A stretch of DNA of 64,000 nucleotides from contig CAKOHK010000006.1 in NCBI GenBank assembly GCA_934085595.1, positions 12,883-76,882 on the forward strand, read 5' to 3'. Within the stretch, counting starts at the first letter, position 1. Every line of letters begins with the position of its first letter. A program made the position numbers and the translations under genes. This DNA is from an uncultured Bacilli bacterium. GTDB taxonomy: Bacteria > Bacillota_I > Bacilli_A > RF39 > UBA660. Shown here piece by piece: positions 1-11,192 of the stretch. The notes below the pieces were generated by a model. The model did not search any database. It saw nothing but the letters and a program-made list of their open reading frames with translations, and was not told the origin of the DNA.

Positions 1-418
1 CTACACTAAATATAAAAGTATAAATATTCTTTTCTTTAAATCTATTTTTTAAATATATACACATAGTAAGACTACTAAGAGCTATTCTAAGTATTATGAT
101 AAACGTATAATATTTATATACACCAGCATTATCAAAGAATACGCATAATAAGTTAGTTGGATTTGACATATAATAAGCAAATGTACCAAAGAAATTATAT
201 CCAAGACCACCTTTAAAAGAATAAAATAAACTTTCATGACCAAATAATACTTCTCTATAGTATGAAGTAAATCCAGGATACTGTAAAAAGCCATCGTATT
301 TAGCAAGACTCCATTTTCCAAAAGGATATGTCTTATTTAATAAACATACTATTAACATTATAATAATAGGAACTATAAAACATAACACTTCTAATTTATA
401 TTTTTTTAAATATTTCAT
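1..418 (-). CDS. YfhO-family polytopic membrane protein (5' part; gene continues beyond window start)
   Basis: Manual reverse-strand translation from ATG (complement of 416-418) gives MKYLKKYKLEVLCFIVPIIIML...PFGKWSLAKYDGFLQYPGFTSYYREVLFGHESLFYSFKGGLGYNFFGTFAYYMSNPTNLL, open to position 1. The hydrophobic N-terminus and conserved blocks resemble the YfhO family. It is absent from the ORF track because it is truncated. Confidence 0.45.
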   Translation of the reverse strand, partial: MKYLKKYKLEVLCFIVPIIIMLIVCLLNKTYPFGKWSLAKYDGFLQYPGFTSYYREVLFGHESLFYSFKGGLGYNFFGTFAYYMSNPTNLLCVFFDNAGVYKYYTFIIILRIALSSLTMCIYLKNRFKEKNIYTFIFSV

Positions 419-543
419 AACACCACTACTTTCTAGACAATTGTAACATAAAAATAAAAATTATGAAATTTTTTTGAAAAAGGTCTTGAAAAAAAAGTTA
501 ATAACTGATAAGATGTTTATAGTAAAGGAGGAAAAAGAAGAGT

Positions 544-1251
544 ATGGATAATAATAAGGGACAAACAATATTCCTATCTGTAATAGGTATTGCTACTTTA
601 TTAGTTGCTATTATCGGAGCTACATTTGCATACTTTAGTATTACTGTTACTGGTAATGAACAAGCATCAAGTATTTTCGTAACAACAGCTACTCTTGGAC
701 AAATTAACTTTGTTGATGGAACTCAAATTAAATGGGATAAAGTTAATTTAGAAAAAGGTGGAACTGACAAAACTGAAAGCAAAACTTTCACAGTTGAAAA
801 TACTGCTACTACTGCATTAACTAGTGATGTGACTTATGATGTTTACATGAAAGTTACTGCTAATACTATTTCAGCTGCTGCAAATGGAAGTGCTGGTGCT
901 GGTGCAAGTATCACTTATACTAGTGGAGCTCAAGCTGGAACTACTAAAAATTTAACTGCAGGTGAAGATTACTTCGTTTACAAAATCGAAGATGCTGATT
1001 CTGCTACTGCTGGAAAAGTTAATACTGGTGACAACTTAATTAGTATTGCTGAAACTGCTGTTCCTGGAGTATCAACTGATACAACTAAAGGAACTAAATT
1101 AAGTACAACTAGTGGTAAAATGGCTACTGGTGGACTTAATAGTAAACATGTGTATAAGTTTACATTAACTCTTAAGAATGCTGCTGACGCTACTCAAAAC
1201 GGAGTACAAGGTAAATCATTCGCTGGACAATTACAAGTTTATACAGATTAG
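544..1251 (+). CDS. TasA/CalY (camelysin, M73)-like secreted fibre subunit with SipW-cognate signal peptide
   Basis: Strong RBS AAAGGAGG upstream. N-terminus ...LLVAIIGATFAYFSITVTGNE matches the SipW-cognate signal motif (compare B. cereus CalY GGTFAYFSD, B. subtilis TasA GTWAAFND). It lies 2 genes upstream of a SipW-type signal peptidase. The C-terminal GKSFAGQLQVYTD block recurs in other TasA-like proteins in this window. Confidence 0.75.
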   Translation: MDNNKGQTIFLSVIGIATLLVAIIGATFAYFSITVTGNEQASSIFVTTATLGQINFVDGTQIKWDKVNLEKGGTDKTESKTFTVENTATTALTSDVTYDVYMKVTANTISAAANGSAGAGASITYTSGAQAGTTKNLTAGEDYFVYKIEDADSATAGKVNTGDNLISIAETAVPGVSTDTTKGTKLSTTSGKMATGGLNSKHVYKFTLTLKNAADATQNGVQGKSFAGQLQVYTD

Positions 1252-1333
1252 TAATTGCTTAATGTAAAGTACAAGAAGTAAATATTATTCAACTCTATTT
1301 TACATAAAGTTGTTTAATACGTACGTATGGATT

Positions 1334-1366
1334 AAAAGTAGATGATTAATGTCTACTTTTTTCTTT
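1334..1366 (+). terminator. Rho-independent terminator after the TasA-like gene (AAGTAGA-loop-TCTACTT + T-run)
   Basis: Inverted repeat aagtaga/tctactt followed by tttttt read directly; coordinates approximate. Confidence 0.4.
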
Positions 1367-1405
1367 TGTATTGAATAACAATTAAAATAATGATATTATA
1401 ATAAT

Positions 1406-1879
1406 ATGAAGAATAGATGGGTTACTAATTTAATAATTATTTTAATGTTTATATCTGTATGTATAATGACAGCTTTATTTGCGGACAACTATCACAAAAT
1501 AAAAAACTCAAACATAAACTATGTAAATGCAAGTTTATTTATAACATATAATAACGATAAACAAATAAAGTTAGATAGAGAAAATATAGATTATGATTAT
1601 GAGTTTAATATTACTAATAATAGTGCATATACCGTAAAATATAAATTAGTGCTAGAAATAAACAGTAAAGATAATATAACTTATAATTTAGAAGGTAATC
1701 CATATAAGAAAACAAAAGAAGACATATTAATTAACAAAACTGGTAAAATTAATAATGAAAAAATAGAATTAACAGGTGCAGTTATAACAGGAGGACAAAC
1801 TCATTATTATAAACTAAATGTAAAATGTACAAAATGTAAAAGTAAAATACTTGGCGATGTAAAATTGGAGAGTGATTAA
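1406..1879 (+). CDS. Small secreted/membrane protein, candidate second SipW substrate (TapA/minor-subunit-like)
   Basis: N-terminal hydrophobic segment ending ...MTALFADNYHK resembles the A-x-F-x-D SipW-cognate motif. It is positioned between the TasA-like gene and sipW. Confidence 0.4.
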   Translation: MKNRWVTNLIIILMFISVCIMTALFADNYHKIKNSNINYVNASLFITYNNDKQIKLDRENIDYDYEFNITNNSAYTVKYKLVLEINSKDNITYNLEGNPYKKTKEDILINKTGKINNEKIELTGAVITGGQTHYYKLNVKCTKCKSKILGDVKLESD

Positions 1880-1880
1880 A

Positions 1881-2498
1881 ATGGAAGAAACAAAAAAAGA
1901 AAAAATATTAAGAAGACTTAAAATATTTATGAAAGTAATAGGATATTTTATAGTTGCAATACTAGTAGTAATAGGATTATTTTTAGTTTTCTATTTTGTT
2001 TCAGGTAAGTCAGCAGAAGCAAAAGGGCATAAACAACTGGTAGGTCTTTATACAATTATAAGCCCAAGTATGACTCCAATAATTAAACCATATGATGTGG
2101 TATTAACGTATAGAGTAGATGACCCTAATGATTTAAAAGTAGGGGATGTAATAACATTTTATTCTACAAATGATTTCTTTGGCGGAATACCAATAACACA
2201 CAGAATAAAAGATATAAGGGCTGTACCAAATGTAGGAACGGTATATATTACAAAAGGAGATGCTAACGGCAAAGAAGACAAAGAACAAGTATATTTCAAT
2301 AATATAGTTGGAAAAGTAGTAATTAAATTACCACAATTAGGTAAAGTACAATTCTTCCTAGCATCAAAAGGAGGCTGGATTATAGCAATACTAATCCCAT
2401 CACTAGCGGTTATATCTTATGATATATATAAAATATTTAAACTAATTCTTCTTAAAAATAAAATGTTAAGTTTAAGAAATAAACACGGTAATTTATAA
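1881..2498 (+). CDS. sipW: Signal peptidase I, SipW type (S26 family, ER/archaeal-type)
   Basis: N- and C-terminal TM segments. Catalytic Ser box ...LYTIISPSMTPIIKPYDVVL (SxSMxP) and downstream GDVITF...HRI motifs. The ORF track starts at GTG 1872, but ATG 1881 directly after the upstream stop is the likelier start. A terminator hairpin (actagg...cctagt + T-run) lies near 2512-2545. Confidence 0.75.
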   Translation: MEETKKEKILRRLKIFMKVIGYFIVAILVVIGLFLVFYFVSGKSAEAKGHKQLVGLYTIISPSMTPIIKPYDVVLTYRVDDPNDLKVGDVITFYSTNDFFGGIPITHRIKDIRAVPNVGTVYITKGDANGKEDKEQVYFNNIVGKVVIKLPQLGKVQFFLASKGGWIIAILIPSLAVISYDIYKIFKLILLKNKMLSLRNKHGNL

Positions 2499-2612
2499 AA
2501 TCACAAACTAGGTTACATAATACTCCTAGTTTTTTAATAAATATTAAAGTGTATTATTGCAATTGATTAAATAGTTTGATATACTTTAATATAGAAGAAT
2601 AGGGAGGATATA

Positions 2613-3740
2613 ATGAATAGTGTGTTAGAAAAGTATTTTCTCACAAAAGAAAAAGAAATATTCAAATATGCTGAAGAGATAATGCGTATGTTTTCTTATA
2701 CTCCAGTAATTAATTATGATAGTAAAACATTCAAAAAAATTATAAACATATTTTTTGAAGATAAATATAAAATATTAAATCCAACTTTCGATAGAGTATC
2801 GAAATATTATAATTTTGAAGAAGAAGTTGATCCTGAATATAAATACATACTAGATTCAGTAATTAAATGTTATGAACTAGAAGAAATAGAAATTGAAAAT
2901 AATGAAGATATATTCTTTTATTCATATATATTATACTTTGCTGTGCTAATTGATAAGTTAAAAGATACAATACTTATAATGCCAAGCAAAGCAGATTTTA
3001 TGGTAAGTATAGCGAAGAAAGTATCAAATAGATTTGAATATGAAAAAGATGAGTCATTTGATAAATATACGAATGAAATAGTACAAATGATTAAGGAAAA
3101 CATAAAATCTCATAACAAATTAAATAATGCTATTAACAAAGCATCTAACAAAGATTTCTATAATGAATATATTCTATTAAGTGATGAATATAGTTTATAT
3201 AAATTAAAATATAATACAGATATAAAAGGCAGAAATAAATACAAAGAAAAAGACTTAAATAAAATATATAAAAAGCAAAATATAGAAGACAAATTAAAAA
3301 TAATGAGTTATGGTTACTCTCAAATAGTACTATTAAGATGTTTGCTAAATGATATGAGAAAAACAGTAGCATTAGAAATAACAAAAGATTTCTACAGCAA
3401 GAAAAGTAATATAAATGCATTCTTAAGATTAGTTACAAATAAATATACTAGTGATTATTCTAAAGTGCTAATAAAAGCAGAAGAATATGAAGAATGTGAA
3501 AACTTAGAAATATTAAAAAATAACGATATTAAAATAATAATAGAAAGTGATAATTTCGAAGATATTCTTAAAATTAATTTTGATGAAAATATGGTTTTAT
3601 TAACATCTTTAAGTTTGATTAATGAACATAAAAGTGAACTAACTAATAAAAACATTAAATATATTAAAAGAGTGGATGAAACTACTTATACAAGTAAAGA
3701 ATTATTTATTACAAACAAAACGGAGGTAGATTATGAGTAA
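2613..3740 (+). CDS. Hypothetical Lys/Glu-rich soluble protein, first gene of the McrB-like operon
   Basis: Long ORF with a Shine-Dalgarno sequence (AGGGAGG). No recognisable domain. Confidence 0.45.
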   Translation: MNSVLEKYFLTKEKEIFKYAEEIMRMFSYTPVINYDSKTFKKIINIFFEDKYKILNPTFDRVSKYYNFEEEVDPEYKYILDSVIKCYELEEIEIENNEDIFFYSYILYFAVLIDKLKDTILIMPSKADFMVSIAKKVSNRFEYEKDESFDKYTNEIVQMIKENIKSHNKLNNAINKASNKDFYNEYILLSDEYSLYKLKYNTDIKGRNKYKEKDLNKIYKKQNIEDKLKIMSYGYSQIVLLRCLLNDMRKTVALEITKDFYSKKSNINAFLRLVTNKYTSDYSKVLIKAEEYEECENLEILKNNDIKIIIESDNFEDILKINFDENMVLLTSLSLINEHKSELTNKNIKYIKRVDETTYTSKELFITNKTEVDYE

Positions 3741-5238
3741 TACAGGATCATTTTTCTTAGATTTTTTAAAGCCATTTTTTAAAGGAATAATAAGTATATT
3801 TGAAGCAATATTTAAAGGATTGTTTCAAATGTTTAATGTAGTTGATTATATTAAAATTATAAGAGAACACAAAGAAGAATTAACAGGAGCTAAAATAATG
3901 CTTGTTATACTAGCAGTTCTATGTTTACTTGTTCTTTTAGGATTATTAATATATGTAATAATTAGAATTGTTAAAAGAGTAATTAGAATTAAAAGAAAAA
4001 GCCATGAACAAGATTTATTAATGGATGAAGTAGAAAAATTAAATTACGAAAACATTAAGCTAAAAAAAGAAAATGAAAAATATTTAGCAATGGCAAATGG
4101 CGAAGTAAATGAAAATGGAGAAGTAGTTCCAAAGGAAGGTGAAGAGGAAGACGAAACAGCAGAACGTTTCTATAGACTATCAAAAATTGATGAAGAATGG
4201 AAAGATTATGTTCCAGAACCAACTAACACTACAATAAAATTAAATGAATTATGTGAACAATTTAGAAATTATTCAGCAAGTAAATTAGGATTATATTATA
4301 ATATAGATTTAATTAGACTATTCATTTCAGCCTTTGCATCAAACAGATTAATAATTTTACAAGGTATATCTGGTACAGGTAAAACATCATTAGCATACGC
4401 AATGGGAAGTTTTATCAATAATGATTCAGTTATTGCACCAGTACAACCATCATGGAGAGACCGTGCTGAATTATTCGGATACTTTAACGAGTTTACTAAA
4501 AAGTTTAATGAAACAGAATTATTAGCTAAGATGTATGAAGCATCTTATAATGACAAAATATATATATCAATTCTAGATGAAATGAATATAGCACGTGTAG
4601 AATACTATTTTGCAGAAATGCTATCAATTATGGAAATGCCAAGTTATGATGAGTGGGTAATAGATTTAGTGCCAAACCCATGGCCAAGCGATCCAAAGAA
4701 ATTAGTAAATGGTAAGTTTAGAATACCAAAAAATATGTGGTATGTTGGAACAATAAATAACGATGATTCAACATTCATGGTAACAGATAAAGTTTATGAC
4801 CGTGCTTTACCAATCAGTATTGATGAAAAAGCGGAAGAGTTTAAAGCACCTGATACAGATAAAGTAAATATTGGGTGTGAATACTTACTAAAATTATTTG
4901 ATGAAGCACAAAAAGCAAATCCAATGAGCGAAGATGTTTTATCAAAACTAAGCACAATGGACGATTATGTAATTAAACATTTTAGAATATCATTTGGTAA
5001 TCGTATTTTACAACAAATGAGAAACTTCGTACCAGTATTCGTATCATGTGGAGGACAAGAAATAGTGGCAGTAGATTATCTTATCTGTCATAAAATATTA
5101 AGAAAGTTTGAACAATTAAATATGTCATACATAAGAAATGAAGTAGATGGATTTATAGAGTTTTTAAATCAAACATTTGGACAAGATGTTATGAAAGAAT
5201 GTACAAGATATCTATTAGAACTTAAAAAGAATGCGTAA
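3733..5238 (+). CDS. Membrane-anchored McrB-family AAA+ (AAA_5) GTPase/ATPase
   Basis: One TM helix (LVILAVLCLLVLLGLLIYVII) then a coiled coil. The C-terminal region aligns block-by-block to E. coli McrB: IILQGISGTGKTSLA ~ FILQGPPGCGKTFVA; VQPSW..ELFGYF ~ VQFHQSYSYEDFIQGY; ISILDEMNIARVEYYFAEMLSIME ~ IFIIDEINRANLSKVFGEVMMLME; IPKNMWYVGTINNDDSTFMVTDKVYDRALPISID ~ [34 protein letters not shown]. Confidence 0.7.
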   Translation: MSNTGSFFLDFLKPFFKGIISIFEAIFKGLFQMFNVVDYIKIIREHKEELTGAKIMLVILAVLCLLVLLGLLIYVIIRIVKRVIRIKRKSHEQDLLMDEVEKLNYENIKLKKENEKYLAMANGEVNENGEVVPKEGEEEDETAERFYRLSKIDEEWKDYVPEPTNTTIKLNELCEQFRNYSASKLGLYYNIDLIRLFISAFASNRLIILQGISGTGKTSLAYAMGSFINNDSVIAPVQPSWRDRAELFGYFNEFTKKFNETELLAKMYEASYNDKIYISILDEMNIARVEYYFAEMLSIMEMPSYDEWVIDLVPNPWPSDPKKLVNGKFRIPKNMWYVGTINNDDSTFMVTDKVYDRALPISIDEKAEEFKAPDTDKVNIGCEYLLKLFDEAQKANPMSEDVLSKLSTMDDYVIKHFRISFGNRILQQMRNFVPVFVSCGGQEIVAVDYLICHKILRKFEQLNMSYIRNEVDGFIEFLNQTFGQDVMKECTRYLLELKKNA

Positions 5239-5254
5239 TAATTAGGAGGAAAAA

Positions 5255-6349
5255 ATGATCGACAAAATCACAGAAATATTTGGAAATGTAAGTAATGAAG
5301 ATTATAAATCGTTTAACGATAAAATAAACTCAATAATAAACTTTACAAGAACAACTGAAAATGTTTCTCGTGATTTTAGTTGGGTACCAATTGTAGAAGA
5401 AACAATTCCATATTTAGATACTATTATTAGAAATCCAAAAAAGTTTTTACAACAAGAAGAAGATATAGTAATAGTGGAAAAATCTAAAAAAATATCTACA
5501 GAAACAGTAAGACACTTAGCTCAGCATACAAACTTTATACAAGATGTAGATGATGAAGGAATGGTAAAACCATCAAAAGTACTTAATGTAGAAAAAGAAG
5601 ATTCATGGGATTTGTATGAAAATAGGTTTATATATACTCTAGTAAAAGAACTAGCTTCATTTGTAGATAAATATGCAGGAAAAGAGTTAGAAAATCCAAA
5701 AATAGAAACTAATAGTAGTTTAGTTTATACTGCAACTACTAATTATGAAAACGAAGATATATCTGTAAGTATTAATTTAGAAAGCAGTAAAAAACAAGAA
5801 CCTAAAGATTTTGATATGGATGCAATGAAAAAAAGAATTACTTACATAAGAGATGTAGTAGGTGATTTTGAAAATAGTGCATTCATAAAAAGTTTATCAC
5901 AAGCAGTACCAGTAAAATCTCCAATTAAAAAGACAAACATAATACTAAAAGATCCAAACTTCCAAAAAGCACTAGCGTTATGGGAGTTTATAAAGAATAC
6001 AGAAATTGGCGAACCTCAAGATATTAAAAAAGATGTTAAAGATTTAACAACAAAAGAATTAAAATCAAAAATAGATATGTGCTCATTCTTAGAATACATA
6101 TCAACAACAGATAAAACAAATGATGAAGACATAACAGCAAAATCACTAGCTTCAAAGATATTATCTTTAATAGATGAATATGTAGATATAACAGAGCTAA
6201 CAGAAAAGAAAATACAAGATTTTGTACATGAAGAAATATCTAGTGAAATAGAAAAAAGAAAAGAAAAAGAAAAAAATATAAAAGAAATGTATGATAAATA
6301 CATTAAAGAATGCAATGCTTATATAAATGATTTATGTGAAATAATGTAA
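5255..6349 (+). CDS. Hypothetical protein in the McrC position downstream of McrB-like gene; no PD-(D/E)xK motif seen
   Basis: Starts 17 nt after the McrB-like gene with an RBS (AGGAGG). Acidic/Lys-rich C-terminus; no nuclease motif identifiable by eye. Confidence 0.45.
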   Translation: MIDKITEIFGNVSNEDYKSFNDKINSIINFTRTTENVSRDFSWVPIVEETIPYLDTIIRNPKKFLQQEEDIVIVEKSKKISTETVRHLAQHTNFIQDVDDEGMVKPSKVLNVEKEDSWDLYENRFIYTLVKELASFVDKYAGKELENPKIETNSSLVYTATTNYENEDISVSINLESSKKQEPKDFDMDAMKKRITYIRDVVGDFENSAFIKSLSQAVPVKSPIKKTNIILKDPNFQKALALWEFIKNTEIGEPQDIKKDVKDLTTKELKSKIDMCSFLEYISTTDKTNDEDITAKSLASKILSLIDEYVDITELTEKKIQDFVHEEISSEIEKRKEKEKNIKEMYDKYIKECNAYINDLCEIM

Positions 6350-6368
6350 GTATTAGAAAGGAAAAACT

Positions 6369-7730
6369 ATGCAAGACAATATAAATAAAGATACTGAAGA
6401 AAAAGTAACAAATGAACCAAAAGAAAATATAGAAGAAGTAAATGAAAGTTCTGTTGTTGATGATTTCTTCATGGAAGATATTTATAAGAACAATTATATA
6501 GATTTATATAAACTAGAAGGTTTAGATATTAAAGACCAATCTAAAATATTTACATTATTATTAACAAACATATATAAAGACTATAGTGACATTGATTATG
6601 GAAATATAAGAAAATATTCATTAAAATGTTTAAAATTAAGCTGTGACCCTGAAGAAAACGAGCTTAAATTACCATATAAATTATTAGTAACTAAAGATAC
6701 TAATAGAATGTATTTTAAGTTTGAAAAAGATAAAACTATGCTACTATTCTTTATAGTATTAGGACTATTTATAGCAATAGCTATCGCAGCAACTTATTTT
6801 GGATTAAGATACTTATCATTAGAGCATTTAAATATAGATATAAATGGTGATGGAATCGCAGATATTAACATTGATGTATCAGGAAACGAAAAAGCAGAGA
6901 TTAACATTTCAGAAGATAGAAAAACACCTATAAGAAATATAGATTATAAAGGCAATAGAAAACCAACATTTAATGTCGATGAAACAGGAAGTGGAAAAGC
7001 AACTAAAAACTTAATGAATCAAGATATAGATGGTGATGGAAAATGTGATTTGAACTGTGATACAACTGGTGATGGTTGGCCAGATTTAAACATTGATATA
7101 GACGGCGATGGAAAATGCGATTTATACTGTGATACTGATGGGGATGGGAAACCAAACTTAAACTTTGATACAACTGGTGATGGAACATGTGATTTACACT
7201 GTGATACAGATGGAGATAATATTTGTGATGTTAACTGTGTAAGTAATGTAAAAGCAGTAGAAGACATAACAGGTAACTCAAGTGTAGTAGGAAACAGTGC
7301 TACAGATGTAACAACAGCCCAGTTCGTAGTAGACTTCATAGATTCAAAAGAAATACGAGCCGAGAACTTATTCCCTGATGATCAAGATGATAAAGATGTA
7401 ACTAAATATGTGACAAAGACATTTACAATAGATAACAAATCTCCTATAAATGTTGTATATAGAGTAGAATTAGTTGTAAACAAAAATACATTTACAAGTG
7501 AAAACTTTGTGTATAATATGAAGTCAACTAATAATGGATTAACAAAAGATTTTGAGATGGTACCTAAGAAAACTGCGGATATAGCAGATAGAGTATTAAT
7601 AACACCAAATACAAAACAAACATATACATTAACATTTAAACTTAAAGGAATTGGAAAGAAACAGAACTTTGATCAAGGAAAAGTATTCCGAGGTTATTTA
7701 CAGGTTTACGTTTATGAACAAGGACACTAA
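6369..7730 (+). CDS. Membrane protein with thrombospondin-type-3-like Ca-binding Cys repeats and a TasA-like C-terminal beta domain
   Basis: Internal TM segment (LLFFIVLGLFIAIAIAATYFGL). Tandem DxDGDGxCDLxCDT repeats (DIDGDGKCDLNCDTTGDGWPDLNIDIDGDGKCDLYCDTDGDGKPNLNFDTTGDGTCDLHCDTDGDNICDVNC). The C-terminus ...QGKVFRGYLQVYVYEQGH parallels GKSFAGQLQVYTD of the 544-1251 protein and NYNQGK(R/S)xYGVLGV of the 52416/54301 proteins. A terminator (aggaca...tgtcct + T-run) overlaps the stop near 7725-7752. Confidence 0.55.
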   Translation: MQDNINKDTEEKVTNEPKENIEEVNESSVVDDFFMEDIYKNNYIDLYKLEGLDIKDQSKIFTLLLTNIYKDYSDIDYGNIRKYSLKCLKLSCDPEENELKLPYKLLVTKDTNRMYFKFEKDKTMLLFFIVLGLFIAIAIAATYFGLRYLSLEHLNIDINGDGIADINIDVSGNEKAEINISEDRKTPIRNIDYKGNRKPTFNVDETGSGKATKNLMNQDIDGDGKCDLNCDTTGDGWPDLNIDIDGDGKCDLYCDTDGDGKPNLNFDTTGDGTCDLHCDTDGDNICDVNCVSNVKAVEDITGNSSVVGNSATDVTTAQFVVDFIDSKEIRAENLFPDDQDDKDVTKYVTKTFTIDNKSPINVVYRVELVVNKNTFTSENFVYNMKSTNNGLTKDFEMVPKKTADIADRVLITPNTKQTYTLTFKLKGIGKKQNFDQGKVFRGYLQVYVYEQGH

Positions 7731-7859
7731 AATGTCCTTTTTCTTTTATAAAAAAAGTGATACAATTAAATAGCAACCAAATGTATACAAACAGCAATTG
7801 AAAATGTATTGTAAAGAATTATGATAAAATGATAATATTGTTATGAGAGGAAAAAAAGA

Positions 7860-9068
7860 ATGTTAGAAGTAATAAACAAAATATTAATAATATTTACTAA
7901 TTTATACGGATTATACTTTATTGTGACAGCACTTTCTATATTTAAAAAAGAAAAAAAGAAAGAAAACAAAAATAAATACAAAAATTATTTTTCAATATTA
8001 ATTCCAGCTAGAAATGAAGAGAAAGTTATAGCTAACTTAATAAATAGTTTAAATAATATGAATTATGATAAAGATAAATATGAAATAAATGTAATACTTA
8101 ATAATTCAAAAGATAATACCTATAATGTTTCTACAAACGCTGGAGCTAATGTATTAAGGTGTAAAAGTAAAATAACTACTAAAGGGGAGGCTTTAAAAGA
8201 AGCTTTTAGAAAAATTAACGATGATAAAATAGATGCATATATTATATTTGATGCTGACAATGTAGTAGACAAAGACTTTTTAAAATATATGAATGAATCT
8301 ATTAATAATGGTTATAAGGTTGCCCAAGGATTTAGAGATACAAAAAATGATAAATGTAATTGGATTTCATCTTCATATACAATATATTATTTTATACAAA
8401 ATCTATTCTATAATAAATCAAGAAAGAAATTAAATAGATCTGCATCTATTAATGGTACAGGTTTCATGATAAAAAAAGAAGTAATTGATACAATAGGATT
8501 TAATGTAAAAACATTATCAGAAGATGTAGAGTTTACAGGCATATGTGCATTAAATGATATTAAAATTGACTTTGTAGAAAAAGCAGTTACATATGATGAA
8601 CAAGCATCAGATTTTAAAATATCATGGATACAAAGAAAAAGATGGTCAAAAGGTTGTTTACAATGCTATAGAAATTATTTTAAATCACTAATAAAAAAAT
8701 CAAATAAACCTTCTTGTTTAGACATGCTATTGATATACTTTGCACCAATATTACAAATATTATCTTTATTCATTGTTATAATAGATTTAGTATCAATGTA
8801 TTATAATGGAATAATACAAAATATAAGTATGAATACAATAATTTTCAGTATATCATTTGCAGTTATAATATATTTATTACAAGTTATAGTTTCATTATAT
8901 TCTATTTATTATTTTAAAAGAGATATTAAGAAATATATAAGTGGAGTATTCCTTTTTCCAGTATTTCTAATAACTTGGCTTCCAATAAATATAGTAGTAT
9001 TATTTAGAAAAAATATTAAATGGGAGCATATAGAACATAGTAAAAGTTTAACAATAGAAGACATGTAA
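7860..9068 (+). CDS. Family 2 glycosyltransferase, polytopic membrane type
   Basis: LIPARNEEKVI and FDADNVVD (DxD) motifs in the N-terminal half; multiple C-terminal TM helices. Confidence 0.65.
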   Translation: MLEVINKILIIFTNLYGLYFIVTALSIFKKEKKKENKNKYKNYFSILIPARNEEKVIANLINSLNNMNYDKDKYEINVILNNSKDNTYNVSTNAGANVLRCKSKITTKGEALKEAFRKINDDKIDAYIIFDADNVVDKDFLKYMNESINNGYKVAQGFRDTKNDKCNWISSSYTIYYFIQNLFYNKSRKKLNRSASINGTGFMIKKEVIDTIGFNVKTLSEDVEFTGICALNDIKIDFVEKAVTYDEQASDFKISWIQRKRWSKGCLQCYRNYFKSLIKKSNKPSCLDMLLIYFAPILQILSLFIVIIDLVSMYYNGIIQNISMNTIIFSISFAVIIYLLQVIVSLYSIYYFKRDIKKYISGVFLFPVFLITWLPINIVVLFRKNIKWEHIEHSKSLTIEDM

Positions 9069-9077
9069 AAACAGGCA

Positions 9078-11054
<1,977 letters not shown>

Positions 11055-11192
11055 TTATATTTAAAGAATACTAAAATAAATATTATAAATGTCAGTAAAA
11101 CTATATCTCAACCTAAAGTTGATAAGATTCAACCACATAGTTATTTAAAAAAATAAGTATATATATTATGATTATATCGAAAGAGGTGAAAA

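Noticed and set aside
94-321. 75-aa minus-strand ORF at window start and numerous 60-100-aa antisense ORFs listed in the track (e.g. 2918-3103, 3145-3420, 6016-6315, 7003-7339, 12384-12620, 42814-43056, 48011-48425)
   Set aside because: They lie entirely inside and antisense to, or out of frame with, long well-supported genes. They are Leu/Ile/Phe-rich as expected from random AT-rich reading frames and lack RBSs. The 94-321 ORF is an out-of-frame shadow of the YfhO-like gene.
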